Source: an uncultured Methanosarcinaceae archaeon
GTDB taxonomy: Archaea; Halobacteriota; Methanosarcinia; Methanosarcinales; Methanosarcinaceae
Reading direction: 5' to 3'
DNA length: 64,000 bases
NCBI GenBank assembly: GCA_963733675.1
Contig: CAVTET010000003.1
Span: 288,001 to 352,000, forward strand
Each line of letters begins with the position of its first letter. Position 1 is the stretch's first letter. Shown piece after piece: positions 10,900-22,052 of this stretch. A program made the translations under genes and the position numbers. Under the pieces are notes generated by a model, which had not been told where the DNA came from, did no database searches, and saw only the letters and a list, made by a program, of their open reading frames with translations.

Positions 10900-11945
10900 A
10901 CTTGCATACGGCCTGATTTCTTCAACCTTGGAGGAAATATCAGCATACTATGGTTACTAAATATTTCTTGGAAATCCATAAAGAAACTCCCAAAGATACT
11001 GTTATCAAGAAGATGCAACTAACTTATGCTAAAGCATGGAATACCTATAATGAAACTCAAAAAGCAGAAGTCAAGTTATTTGTTGAGCTCATGAAAGACT
11101 AAGCTGAGGCAATACCTGAACCTAAGCAAATTATTGGAAGGTTGCATCTGTCAATCCACAGATCACTGTTTATGTACCATTCATAAGGTCTACTCTTAGT
11201 TATCAAGTCGCTCGAATGTAGCCTCTCTCAATGCAACCGAGAGAGGACAGATAGAACATACGCTGCATCTCATATACCCTTAAAGTTCTTCAACAATCCA
11301 AAAATTACACCAATTCTACACAAATTGATTTTCTTATCTGCATTTCCTGTTGCTGGATTGGAAATTTATTTCGCAGTAGAATATACTTGATTTAGAACTA
11401 CTATATTCAGAGCATACAATGGGATGAAGCACGGCCAGAGTAAAGAGTATCAGTGGTTGAAGGCTCATATGTTTGTAGGTGTAAATACTAACATAGTAGC
11501 AGCTATTACAATACCCAATGGAATAGCAGCGGCTTCACAGTTCAGGCCATTGATTCTACAGATATCAGAGGGCTTCACAATCATGAAGTTTCTCTGACCT
11601 AGCTGACTTATCTCGCAACAATCTTGAAATGGTAAACAGTATTGGAGGAAAACCTCACATGCCATTTAAGAAAAAAGCTACTAAAAGGACGGCAGGTTCA
11701 GCTATGGAAAAAGCTGTATCATTACTTCCAGCTTAACAGAGATTAATTCATGGAGCATTACCATAAGAGAAGCAGCCTTGAATCTATAAACTCAGCCCTG
11801 AAGAGGAAGTTTGGAGAGACTTTGAGGTATAAGAATTGCATTGCTTAGGTAAATGAACTGTTGGCAAAAATATTAGCTATAATTTAACCGTAGCAATTAA
11901 TGAGATTTCTGAGAATAGGATTAATTCAGAGTTTTTGAATGAAAA
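10900..11945 (+). pseudogene. DDE (IS4/IS5-like) transposase relic
   Basis: Fragments in several frames: AWNTYNETQKAEVKLF, PEPKQIIGR, WLKAHMFVGVNTNIV, YHYFQLNR, HYHKRSSLES and LKRKFGETLR. Many stops and frameshifts; boundaries approximate. Confidence 0.7.
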
Positions 11946-12195
11946 GTCAGAAAAAGCTGTAATTGTATAAAGTTTAAGCTTTGAGTTAAAAGACTTAAGT
12001 TTTCAATATTTTTTATTACTTTATTGTTCTTATTTTGTGAAAATTAGACGGTATACATTTATGTGGTTACAGTTGTTGTTTTCTGTCAATAATTTAAACA
12101 TCTGAAAACTGTCTAAATTTATTCAGTGAATCTTCAAATATCATTTTTAAGTCTGATCAACATAAATTTTCAAGATTTAAATGAATTGAAATTTT

Positions 12196-12837
12196 TTAAG
12201 GAATCAGAGTAGTTTGCTTACTCTTTGCTAGCAGACCCTCAAGGTTAATACTATGTTTTATCAAACCTGCAAATACTTCATTTGCAAGCCTTGTTACCTC
12301 TTCCCTGTGCTCCTTGATTTCATATGCAGGGTTACCTGTAGGAATCTCAATTTTAGTAATATCTGATCTTGCCTTTCTGAGGTGCGCATCTGAAACCTCG
12401 CAGACTAAGCTGGGTTTTTCCAGGTACTGATCAAGATGTTTTTGAGTGATTCCTATAAGTTTCAACTCCTTGCGGAAGCATGGCCTTTCAAATAATCTGG
12501 AAACTACGTATACTCCGACAGGGATCCTGAGTTCCAGGTCAATTTTGAGAAGCTGAGTTCTGAATATAGAATAAACATCTTCAGAATCCGAAGTCCTCAT
12601 GACCTTACCTTTTTGGGGCAAAGATTCATTGATTTTTTCAGGTAGATGATAAATTTTGGAGGGCGGGACTCCAATTTCCTCCAAAATTTTAAGGTCCCTG
12701 AGTGCCCTGAGGTAGCCAGTTAGAACCAGACGATGTTCATTTATGCCTTCAGCTTTCAATTCTCTAGATAGTCCACTAATTGAAAGCTGTTTCCCCTCAA
12801 GTAGTTCCAGAAGTTTAATGTTGAGCTTTTTTTCCAT
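12196..12837 (-). CDS. Hypothetical protein with probable N-terminal winged-helix domain
   Basis: LSISGLSRELK...HRLVLTGYLRAL...PPSKIY has a winged-helix-like pattern. Confidence 0.75.
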   Translation of the reverse strand: MEKKLNIKLLELLEGKQLSISGLSRELKAEGINEHRLVLTGYLRALRDLKILEEIGVPPSKIYHLPEKINESLPQKGKVMRTSDSEDVYSIFRTQLLKIDLELRIPVGVYVVSRLFERPCFRKELKLIGITQKHLDQYLEKPSLVCEVSDAHLRKARSDITKIEIPTGNPAYEIKEHREEVTRLANEVFAGLIKHSINLEGLLAKSKQTTLIP

Positions 12838-13170
12838 TTATACCGACATCAATGTTAATTGTTAGTAGTTCATTTATTAGGCTTTGGGGCAGAAAAAATA
12901 ATCGGCCGCTTGAGTAATTGAAACACACTCAACTTTATTTTCCGAAATTTGTGGCAAATGTAGAGACCTTCACCGTCCTGAAAGATAAGTTAGCACGAAA
13001 ATTAAAGGGAGTAATAAACACGGGTAATTCTTCAAGATAATATAAATCTTATGAAAAAGCTCGAAATTGTCTATTATTGAATAAATTCAAAATGTGACTA
13101 GTAAACTTATAGTGAATCTATCTTATTTGGTTACTTTAATATTAAATGGAAAAAATTATCGTGAAATTTG

Positions 13171-13261
13171 AGAGGATTTCGATGAATCCCTAAATTTCTT
13201 CCTATGCTTATAAATGGTATAGTTAATATTTGGCGGAAATCAGAGGTTTATTAATAATCCT
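13171..13261. repeat. MITE-like element copy
   Basis: AGAGGATTTCGATGAATCCC...GAGGTTTATTAATAATCCT, ~90 bp. Confidence 0.65.
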
Positions 13262-13756
13262 ATCTAATCTGCAAGTCTAGTAGAGAAACAAAATCGAAAA
13301 TAATATCACAAATATAGCTTGTATATTGATTATTACTTGAATAATTGAAAATTGAGTTTCTTTATGACAAAATTGAAGGACAATGCTTAAAAGTAATAAT
13401 TGCCATGTGGATTAAGCTTATATTTGTGATTTCATGAGGATACAAAGTTGATATCAGAGTTAGTTTGCAGAAAGGCATCAGATAGTGGAGTTGGTACAAA
13501 TCTAAAATATCTTGAATCGTTTGAAATTTGATTCCGAGATACGAGTATCTAAAAATTTAATTTTTTGACTGGAGCTCTATCCTGGTAATAAATGCAAAAT
13601 TGTGCCAAAAGGGAAGGTTTAAAACAATTAAATCCCTGATAGATCGTGATTTGCATAATTTCTGGAATATCTTTCAATTCATTGGAAATCCACTCATCAC
13701 TGCTGTGTGATACACACTACTATAAAGGGATAATTTCTATAAACTTCTGCTTTTGT

Positions 13757-13815
13757 GGAGTCGTCTAGATACCCTTATAAGCATATGTTAAATTTAGGGG
13801 GTCAGCTAAATCCTT
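13757..13815. repeat. Partial MITE-like copy
   Basis: TCTAGAT...TAAGCATATG...AAATTTAGGG...AAATCCT matches the 3' half of 34934-35022. Confidence 0.5.
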
Positions 13816-14335
13816 ATTATAATAAACACGACGATCATTTCTGAGAATTAACAGCATGATGATAAAGCATAAGACATCGAGGAACTTACAGGAAACTTAA
13901 TCGAAGCATGTACAGTAAGTGGATTAATTAGGTACTTATGAAGACCTTCAGCATTTCAAGACTATCTTTGCAAACTAGCAGAGAGATTGGGAAGCCTATG
14001 ATGTACATAGCAGTTTTCATAATCTGACTATATAATATGTATACTCACATTTATTTCCGATATTATTTTAGGCATTAATCTAAGAATACTGAAAGTGATA
14101 TCATCCTTTGAGATTATCTACTTTCGACCAAATTTATCGAACTCGGCAAATAAGTTCTCTTTAAAATTATTCATCTTTACCGTACATCATCCTGAGAGAG
14201 TCCACATATGTTAATATTTAATAAAATATATCTATCAATTAGCATTTTCGTGTTTCTTATCGTCTGTTGCCGAATGTCTGCAGGCTTTAGGAGTCACAGG
14301 TAACCATCATTATCTGTTTATTATGGAGAAATGGC

Positions 14336-15373
14336 ATGCATCATAATGTATTCACAAAAAATCCCACGGTCCCAGTAGATGTAAAGAAAAGATCAATAAG
14401 CGAATTGTTGGATGGGATGCTCAAAACAGGTTTTCAGGGACGGAAACTAGCAGAATCCGTACAAATATGGCACAAAATGTTGAATGAAAATTATATAACA
14501 GTGTTTATGGGCTTATCAGGGGCTATGGTTCCTGCTGGTATGCGCAAGGTCATTTCTTATATGATTGGGAAGAGGATGATAGATTGTTTGGTGAGCACAG
14601 GAGCGAATCTATTCCATGATTCACATGAAGCTCTAGGCAAAAATCATTACATGGGTTCCCATCTAGCTGATGATGAAAAACTATTCGATTCTGGTGTAGA
14701 CAGAATATACGATGTCTTTGCAGTGGAAGAGGAGTTCAGAGCAGCAGACAATCTGATTGCGGACTTTGCAGAAGAAATGGGCGAAATTTCCTGTTCATCA
14801 AGGGAGTTTATCTATTTGTTGGGAAAGAAACTTGTAGGCTGTGGAGCAGCAGAAGATTCTATAGTTGTAAGTGCATATAGGCATAACGTTCCAATCTTTG
14901 TTCCGGCACTTTCAGATAGTTCAATTGGCATCGGGCTTACGATTGCAAGAAGGAGAGGATTGAAACTTGAGGTAGACCAGATCAAAGATGTTGACGAGAT
15001 TACACAAATTGTAGAAAAATCAGGAAAAACCGGAGTCATCTATGTTGGAGGCGGAGTTCCAAAAAATTTTATTCAGCAAACCGAAGTCATAGCTTCCATT
15101 CTAGGAATAAATACTTGTGGGCACGATTATGCAATTCAGTATACTTCTGATTCTCCGCACTGGGGAGGGCTTTCAGGCTGTACGTTTGATGAAGCTGTTT
15201 CCTGGGGAAAAATCGCAGCCCAGGCAAAAAAAGTGCAAGTTTTTGTGGATGCTACAATTGCTCTTCCAATTGTTGCCCACGCCTTATATGAAAAATGTCA
15301 TGACCTCAAGCGCAATGCCCCTGTTTTTAATTGGGAAGGGTCCGAAGGGCTTAATATCGTATATAACGAATAA
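14336..15373 (+). CDS. dys: Deoxyhypusine synthase
   Basis: TGFQGRKL, GLSGAMVPAG, STGANLFHD, VDRIYDV, DSSIG, GGGVPKNF and GGLSGCTFDEAVSWGK motifs. Confidence 0.95.
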   Translation: MHHNVFTKNPTVPVDVKKRSISELLDGMLKTGFQGRKLAESVQIWHKMLNENYITVFMGLSGAMVPAGMRKVISYMIGKRMIDCLVSTGANLFHDSHEALGKNHYMGSHLADDEKLFDSGVDRIYDVFAVEEEFRAADNLIADFAEEMGEISCSSREFIYLLGKKLVGCGAAEDSIVVSAYRHNVPIFVPALSDSSIGIGLTIARRRGLKLEVDQIKDVDEITQIVEKSGKTGVIYVGGGVPKNFIQQTEVIASILGINTCGHDYAIQYTSDSPHWGGLSGCTFDEAVSWGKIAAQAKKVQVFVDATIALPIVAHALYEKCHDLKRNAPVFNWEGSEGLNIVYNE

Positions 15374-15435
15374 TCACATTACAAATCTTTATCATATTTG
15401 AAAACTTATCTATAAGACGAGAAGGAGAGGAATAA

Positions 15436-15957
15436 ATGGGTAAACGAACTCGAATAATTAACGATCCTTCCTATTTAGTACCATTACTCAGGACTTTTGG
15501 GTCAAGAACTCATAAAAAAATATTTGATACACTTTCAAATAAATGGATGACCAAAGCAGAAATAGATGAATTCATGGGTTCAGATTCATCAAAAAGTCTT
15601 CATATCTTGAAAAAAGCCGGACTTCTTGAGAGTCAGTGGAGAGTTCCCGAGGCAGGACAGAAACCCTCCAAAGAGTATCATAGTTCTTATTCCAAGGTTC
15701 AGGTCAACTTTCAGTGTTCTTTTGAAGATCTCAGCGACATCATAATGTTGACCTTTAAACCATATGAAGAGGTAAAAGATGCTATGGATGAACTGGAAAG
15801 GCTTGTTGATGAAGGTAATACTTCCATGAGCAACTTAACGAGGACCCTTAATAAAAATCCGTTCTATATATGTGCTGTAGCCCGAAGATCTGAAAAGCTT
15901 TCTGTAATGGGTCAAAGATTAAAATTAATTGAAGATGTTGAGGAGAATTACGATTGA
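15436..15957 (+). CDS. ArsR-like helix-turn-helix (HTH) protein
   Basis: HKKIFDTLSNKWMTKAEI...LHILKKAGLLESQW winged-helix pattern; RBS GGAGAGGA. Confidence 0.8.
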   Translation: MGKRTRIINDPSYLVPLLRTFGSRTHKKIFDTLSNKWMTKAEIDEFMGSDSSKSLHILKKAGLLESQWRVPEAGQKPSKEYHSSYSKVQVNFQCSFEDLSDIIMLTFKPYEEVKDAMDELERLVDEGNTSMSNLTRTLNKNPFYICAVARRSEKLSVMGQRLKLIEDVEENYD

Positions 15958-16745
15958 TGATAAAAATTCTCCAGACTAAAAGCGGAGTAACCAAATTTCA
16001 AGTCCTTATCGAAATTGCAGCACATCAGCCTAATGTAAAACAAAAAGAAATTGCCACAAAAATTGGAATAACTCCTCAAGCAGTTTCAGAATATATTAAA
16101 GATCTTGTAAATGATGGACTGATTATTACTGAGGGCCGGGTTAGGTATAGGATAACTAAAGAAGGTGTTGAATGGGTCCTTGAAAATGCTATAGAAATGA
16201 AGAAGTATGCTCTTTTTGTAATGGAGGATATAATAAGCCATGTTTCTACCTGGACAGCTATCACAAAGGAAGAAGTCAAAGAAGGTCAGCAGGTTTACCT
16301 GAAAATGGAAGAAGGACTTCTATATGTAAGTAGGACGGAAAATACAGGTGCATCAGGCAATGTAATCTCCGCTGCATCAATAGGAGAAGATGTCGGAGTA
16401 ACCAGTCTCCAAGGTCTCATTGACATGGAAAATGCGACCATTACGATATGCAAAGTTCCCAGAGTTGGGCGTGGAGGATCAAGAAAAGTGGAACTTGAAC
16501 GCCTGAAAATGCTAGCAAACTCAAAACCATATATAGCAGCTATTGGTGTGGAAGCGCTTATTGCTCTGCGCAAAGTTGGGATAAGCCCAAATGTTATGTT
16601 TGGAACCAATGAGTCAGTTATCGAAGCTGCATATCACGGACTTTCGTCTCTTGTAGTTTCGGTGGACGAGCAGGTTTCTTTGCTTCTTAGTAGATTAGAA
16701 ACCGAAAATCTTGAATATGAACTCGTAGATCTGACAGTTGAGTAA
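15954..16745 (+). CDS. MarR/Crp-like winged-HTH transcriptional regulator with C-terminal domain
   Basis: VKQKEIATKIGITPQAVSEYIKDL...YRITKEG HTH; overlaps the upstream stop codon. Confidence 0.85.
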   Translation: MMIKILQTKSGVTKFQVLIEIAAHQPNVKQKEIATKIGITPQAVSEYIKDLVNDGLIITEGRVRYRITKEGVEWVLENAIEMKKYALFVMEDIISHVSTWTAITKEEVKEGQQVYLKMEEGLLYVSRTENTGASGNVISAASIGEDVGVTSLQGLIDMENATITICKVPRVGRGGSRKVELERLKMLANSKPYIAAIGVEALIALRKVGISPNVMFGTNESVIEAAYHGLSSLVVSVDEQVSLLLSRLETENLEYELVDLTVE

Positions 16746-16768
16746 TTTACTTTGGATTTTTAAGTTAG

Positions 16769-16858
16769 AAGGGATCTCGATAAACCGCTGTTTTCACGAA
16801 TTATTATTATATACTATTTACAAAAAAATAACGAAATTTTGGTGTTTACAGATCCCTT
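16769..16858. repeat. MITE-like element copy
   Basis: AAGGGATCTCGATAAAC...GTTTACAGATCCCTT terminal inverted repeats, 90 bp. A further partial right end lies at ~16960-16993. Confidence 0.65.
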
Positions 16859-17099
16859 ATCGAGTTATATATTCCAAATCCTCAGTGTTGGAGCATCAAA
16901 GATTTAGTATTTGGATAATACTTACATTTTGTCACATGTCAATAATTTGCTTATTAATGACTCGTGAAAGTCAAAAGTTTATCGAAATCTTCTGCTATTC
17001 ATACAGAAAAGTTACATTTTCTGTATATTTAATATTTCTTGAGTTTAGTTCATATTGTAATATTCAAGGCCGTTTTATTTCAAAATCTGGAGATTCTCC

Positions 17100-17627
17100 A
17101 TGAAGCTTATTGCACTTTCCGATACTCATCTGAAAACAGGAAATATCCCCTTGCAGCTTCCCAAACTCCTTGATGAGTGTGACCTAATTGTCCATGCAGG
17201 AGATTTCAGCACTATGGAAGCCTATCAGTCCTTTAAAGCCTTCAGCAAACTAAAAGCTGTTTTTGGAAATGATGATGTTTCCGAGCTAAAAAGGCTTCTT
17301 CCAAAAAGGCTTATATTTGAAGTTGAAGGGTTGAAAATCGGCTTGGTGCACGAAGGAGGACTTTCACTGATTGATACAACTGCACAAAATTATCTCGCAA
17401 AAGAAATGGATGTAGATATCCTGATATTCGGGCATCTGCACCAGCCTTTGATTGAAAAAAATGAGTTTATGCTTGTCTGCCCTGGATCTCCTACTGAACC
17501 CAGGATGTCAAGTCCCAGTGTTGTGGAACTCACAATTGAAAATAGAAGTATATGTGGCAGAATAATTACTTTTGATGGAGACTCTTGCAAGTGTATGAAG
17601 TTCTTAAATGCTCGTAAAAACCACTGA
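17100..17627 (+). CDS. YfcE/Vps29-like metallophosphoesterase
   Basis: SDTH, HAGDF, GNDD, VHE, FGHLH and PGSPT motifs. Confidence 0.92.
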   Translation: MKLIALSDTHLKTGNIPLQLPKLLDECDLIVHAGDFSTMEAYQSFKAFSKLKAVFGNDDVSELKRLLPKRLIFEVEGLKIGLVHEGGLSLIDTTAQNYLAKEMDVDILIFGHLHQPLIEKNEFMLVCPGSPTEPRMSSPSVVELTIENRSICGRIITFDGDSCKCMKFLNARKNH

Positions 17628-17756
17628 ACTGAAAAAGATTAAATGAAACAAGACTTAGGAAATTTAAAATGGTGATAAAACCCTGCAAAGAAGTTAGAAT
17701 CGAAATTAAGCATTAATAATAGCTTTGTAATCTAAATATTCGATCAATTTTATTAT

Positions 17757-17803
17757 AGAGGATCTCGGCAAACACCAAAATATAGGGATTTATAGATATC
17801 CAC
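17757..17803. repeat. Internally deleted MITE-like copy
   Basis: AGAGGATCTCGGCAAAC...GGGATTTATAGATATCC. Confidence 0.45.
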
Positions 17804-19444
17804 TGCATAGTTTCTATTTGTTGTACTTCAGAATGATCATTCTTATTCGTTTATGATATTTCAGTAGTTCGCAAGAAAAAAAATTCATCAATACATCTAA
17901 GTTTTTTTCTTTTAATCGTCTCTAGAATTTGTATGTAGAGTTCTGAAGAAGGGATTATACAGGATCCTCTAAACTATTTTAAGATTTTTCTGAGTCTATT
18001 TTCAGTTTATGCATCTATTAAACTGAGAGCAAGAGTTATTTCTTTCTCTATCAAATTTCATTAAGTAATTCAGAATTAATCTTACTTGAATATTGTTTAA
18101 TACTTCAATTACGCATTTACACTCATATCACAACAATTTAATTATTGATCATTCGGATAAACTCTGAATTTCTCCCCCTCTTCATGTTAGAAATTAAATT
18201 TGAAACTGTTGATCTAAATTTTCTAATGAACTTTGTTAGAGAGGGATCTGAAAGAACAAGATTAATAACCAGATTCTATATTCTGCTACTGATAAATCAT
18301 AACAGAGAGGTACTAGATTACGAAAACATTCGGTTTTTTCAGGAATACTGTTTTAACAATAATGAAGAAATACGTTGAAGAAGGTCTCAAAAGTACTATT
18401 ATAAATAAAGTAGTACGTGTCAAACGAAAAAAGACACTGGAAATATTTTGTAGAATTAATAGCATTAGAATTCACCTGCTATTCTGATAAAAACAAAAGA
18501 TTACGGCTTAAACTGTTTACTGGATAAATGAGGAAAAAGAGGAATTTAAAACAATAAACAAGGAGATCACTAGGCTTATTCTAAAAAAACAAAAACAAAT
18601 TATGTTGAGATGTGTATGGTGAATAAGAACAACTATCCTGAAATCAAAACAGGATATACAGCATTATTGGCCATATGAAAAAAAATTAGAACCAAAAAAT
18701 TTCTTGCTCTGCCTTGAAGAGGTACCAATGTAACTTCTTCAGGATAAGAGAACGACCATTCCCATGAAGTCTGTAAACTCAGAAAATAAGATTATGAATA
18801 TATCATAAATAGAAAAGCAAATATATCCATAAAGTAGGGCTCAAACTGGGAAAAAGATGACTCAGATAACCAAAAAAGACCCATTCCAGATTTTGCGCAA
18901 TTAGTGAATACTCTGGATATGGGAAAACATCTAAAGTCGAAATCATACTATTGGTTATGTTAATCGTAAGAATTTTGATAAACATTAGATTTCAACATAT
19001 ATCAAATATAGGCTTTATAAGAGACCATCTAAAAAATTGGTATATCGAAATCATCTCAACATCCACAAGGGAAATTTTTTTATGAAACATTAAGTGAAGA
19101 TGAAGAATATAGATTTTGGATAAAATAGAGTTTCTTTAAACCCCCAAACATACACAATCAATGCTGCTAAGTATAAATCAATGTAATGGTATTAATGTAA
19201 TGGAATATGGATCAGTTATATAAGAAAACTCACCCTGAAACAGTTGTGTTAACGAAGAGAAAGGATGACCATTGAAAGAAAATGATCTGGGTATTTACAA
19301 TTAAGGATGCTGATTAAAAGATTATCTAAGTATTACACTCAGTAATTGAAATCCCATAAAATGAAATCATTTTTTGTCGAAATCCCAACAAAGACCTAGC
19401 TAATTGATGTATCAGTAACTCCAGTTTTTGTGATTTTTATCATT

Positions 19445-19666
19445 TCACAATGTTTCAAGTTTGAACATGACACCTGTGCCCTGAAGGCTAAGGTATACTT
19501 TGTCCCCGAACTCGAGAATTTTGTCGATACTAAAGTTGCTATTCCAGTTATATACAAAGTCATAGGTACCTTGCATTGGTTCGAAACCCAGAGACATAAG
19601 TCTTCGGTTGATCTCTGACGGACGAGCTCCTTCACTGCTGAACCAGACCAGAAGATATGTTTTCAC
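19445..19666 (-). CDS. Small hypothetical protein
   Basis: 73 aa, MKTYLLVWFSSEGARPSEI...GTYDFVYNW...FKLET; GTG start with an upstream TATA-like sequence. Confidence 0.75.
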   Translation of the reverse strand: MKTYLLVWFSSEGARPSEINRRLMSLGFEPMQGTYDFVYNWNSNFSIDKILEFGDKVYLSLQGTGVMFKLETL

Positions 19667-20821
19667 GGGATCATCTCACATATAAATTATTTAATTTTAT
19701 TGCAACTATTTAAAATTGATGAAACAACATCATAACAACCATAGTTATTCTTATTATTATGGTAAATTTTTTAAGCTCATTTTCGTCGATTATTGGCTAG
19801 ATTGTGTTTTTTCTTTTTGAATGGTTTAAGAATTGCGTATTTTAAACAATTCGAAGCAATCATGAATATACCTTTTAGGGGATAATTATATTTAATTTAA
19901 CATTAATTCTCTGCCAAACATATTATTACTCACTTCTTATTATGTCTCGTTTATTTATCTACATTTTGGCTCTTCTTACCTGAGATTAACATGCAAAGAA
20001 AAATATTTCCTAAAAAAATTAAAACTCAGAAAAATTAAATTGCGAAGAGGTCTGAACAGAAGAAAAGATCAAATAGTAGAAAACGTTTTCTAAAAATTGG
20101 TTAGATTTTTCATTTATCAAACATGAAAAATGAGCATAATTCAAATTTTTTGGAGGAGGTAATGAGATTCTTACATTTACAATTTTCAATACCTCATGGA
20201 CATGACTGATAAATCAAATTACTTGTGTCCATTCTACCCTAAATGGTGGAATATGCTTAGAGTTTCTCTCTCAGTTTGTCGAAACTTAGAAATCATCGAT
20301 TCATTTTGTGACCCCATTTCTTTGATCTAGATGATTCAAACTCTTTTTCTGGTCTCCTCTAAGACAACTGATGTAGTGTTTTATTGTATCAGTTGTCGCA
20401 TTTATAACGGATCAAAAAAATTAATACTTGATCATAGACTTCCATCAAAATTCATTTTTTTCAGTTAATGATGAAGCTTAAAAAATCTATATGAATCACC
20501 TCCTTTCAAGTATTGAACTGCTTCTGATGAGAGTTGCTTGGATGGAACTCCAGGAATAGGTGAGCGCTATATCTACCACTTTCGTACCATGAATTTTGTA
20601 ACCTGGATAATAATGGATCTATAATCCATAGACATCAACACTAGATGATTGATAATCTGATAATAATCATGACTAAAGTTGTTCAGTTCCAATGAATGTT
20701 CACATCCCCGCCAGAGGGAAGCGGCACTACCTCTGGAATGACGCTAAAAACAAACCCATTTCACAAAGGAGTCATAACTGAGAGGGTTAGAAGGATACAA
20801 AAATAGTTGATATTTTATGTG

Positions 20822-20847
20822 ATCCCCACTCTAAAGTATGGGGGATT
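20822..20847. mobile_element. Solo IS200/IS605-type end hairpin
   Basis: ATCCCCACTCTAAAGTATGGGGGAT; the CTAAAG loop resembles the other IS605 ends in this window. Confidence 0.4.
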
Positions 20848-21408
20848 CTGGACCCTGCACTAAAGAGGTCATCAATAGTACAATACATGATGAGCTTTCA
20901 CATATCTCGAATTTGCTGTAACTTGGGAATTAAATGTTTTCATGCTGTCTAAAATTTTCTTCCTATGTGTGGAATTTTCTTCTCATCAACTTCTCGAGAT
21001 TTGCGATCTTCTTAAAAATCGGCACTCTTCTGTGTTTTCTTAATAAAAAACTATTTTAATTAGTGAAGTTTGTCAAATTTGGGTTAAAATTACAAAGAAA
21101 ATCCCCCTAAAAGTAGATTATTGTATAATTGCCATGCATAAAAAGACTCTAAGTACAAGCATAAGGGAATTTATCATGAAAAAGATTTCAACTGTTTTTT
21201 CAATAGCTATTTAACTAGCAGTTAACTGTAAATTAAATACATAAGTTCATTCCTCGATTTAACTACGCAATTCATAAAAAAGATAAGATCAAACTAAAGA
21301 TTCGAGGACAAAAATTAATTTTAGGAGGATTCAACACCTTCTTTATACTGCCAAGTCCTCAAAAAAATTAAATAGTATGATTGGAAGTAAGTTTCGTCCT
21401 TTGCGAAT

Positions 21409-21816
21409 TCAGGCAGCAGTTTCCTTTGTCAATATATATGCAACCATCTCAGGGCTCAGCTTTCTCTCCCTCGATATCTTTGCTTCAATATCTTCAGTAG
21501 ATTTACCTTCATGTTTCATCATCCTTATTTTTTCAACCACTGAGGAGGGTATGCTGTAATATTCATTAATGTCTTTTCTGTGACCCCATACATCACCTTC
21601 GATAAGTCTTATTCTCTGCATTCCAAGAAACATCAAAATAGACTTTGAGACTGTGCACATGTAAGATTTAGGTAATTGAATTACCTCAACTTTTGGACAG
21701 GTTTCGATCAATCCAAATATGTCCTTATTCGAAGGCCTAAAAGCCATGTGAACAATACGTTCATTAGGATTAAGTGTAAATATTTCTTCTCTGGAACTAA
21801 CTACTCTAATTTTCAT
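21409..21816 (-). CDS. DUF1699 family protein
   Basis: MKIRVVSSREEI...VHMAFRPSNKD...GDVWGHRKDINEYY signature. Confidence 0.9.
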   Translation of the reverse strand: MKIRVVSSREEIFTLNPNERIVHMAFRPSNKDIFGLIETCPKVEVIQLPKSYMCTVSKSILMFLGMQRIRLIEGDVWGHRKDINEYYSIPSSVVEKIRMMKHEGKSTEDIEAKISRERKLSPEMVAYILTKETAA

Positions 21817-22052
21817 GTTTTTCCCCCACTGTAAAGTTTTTTCGTTTTTGCTTTAATATAAGTACGTTATACTTACTATAAATATTTATCTTAGTTATCT
21901 AATATTACTTTGATTGTATACTGGATTCTCTATTTCATATTATAGGCCATAAATTAGCTTTAAAAAGAATTAAAAAGATAATAATCAATTTTTATGAGTT
22001 ATTTTTCTAATTTAATTTTGATTTTTTCGATCCGATTATTGGTCATCTACTC

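Noticed and set aside
13300-14000. Possible decayed gene upstream of dys
   Set aside because: Fragments are too degraded to identify by eye.
18145-19380. Purine-rich plus-strand stretch and short ORFs (18145-18378, 18803-18985)
   Set aside because: Probably an old pseudogene, but no family could be supported.
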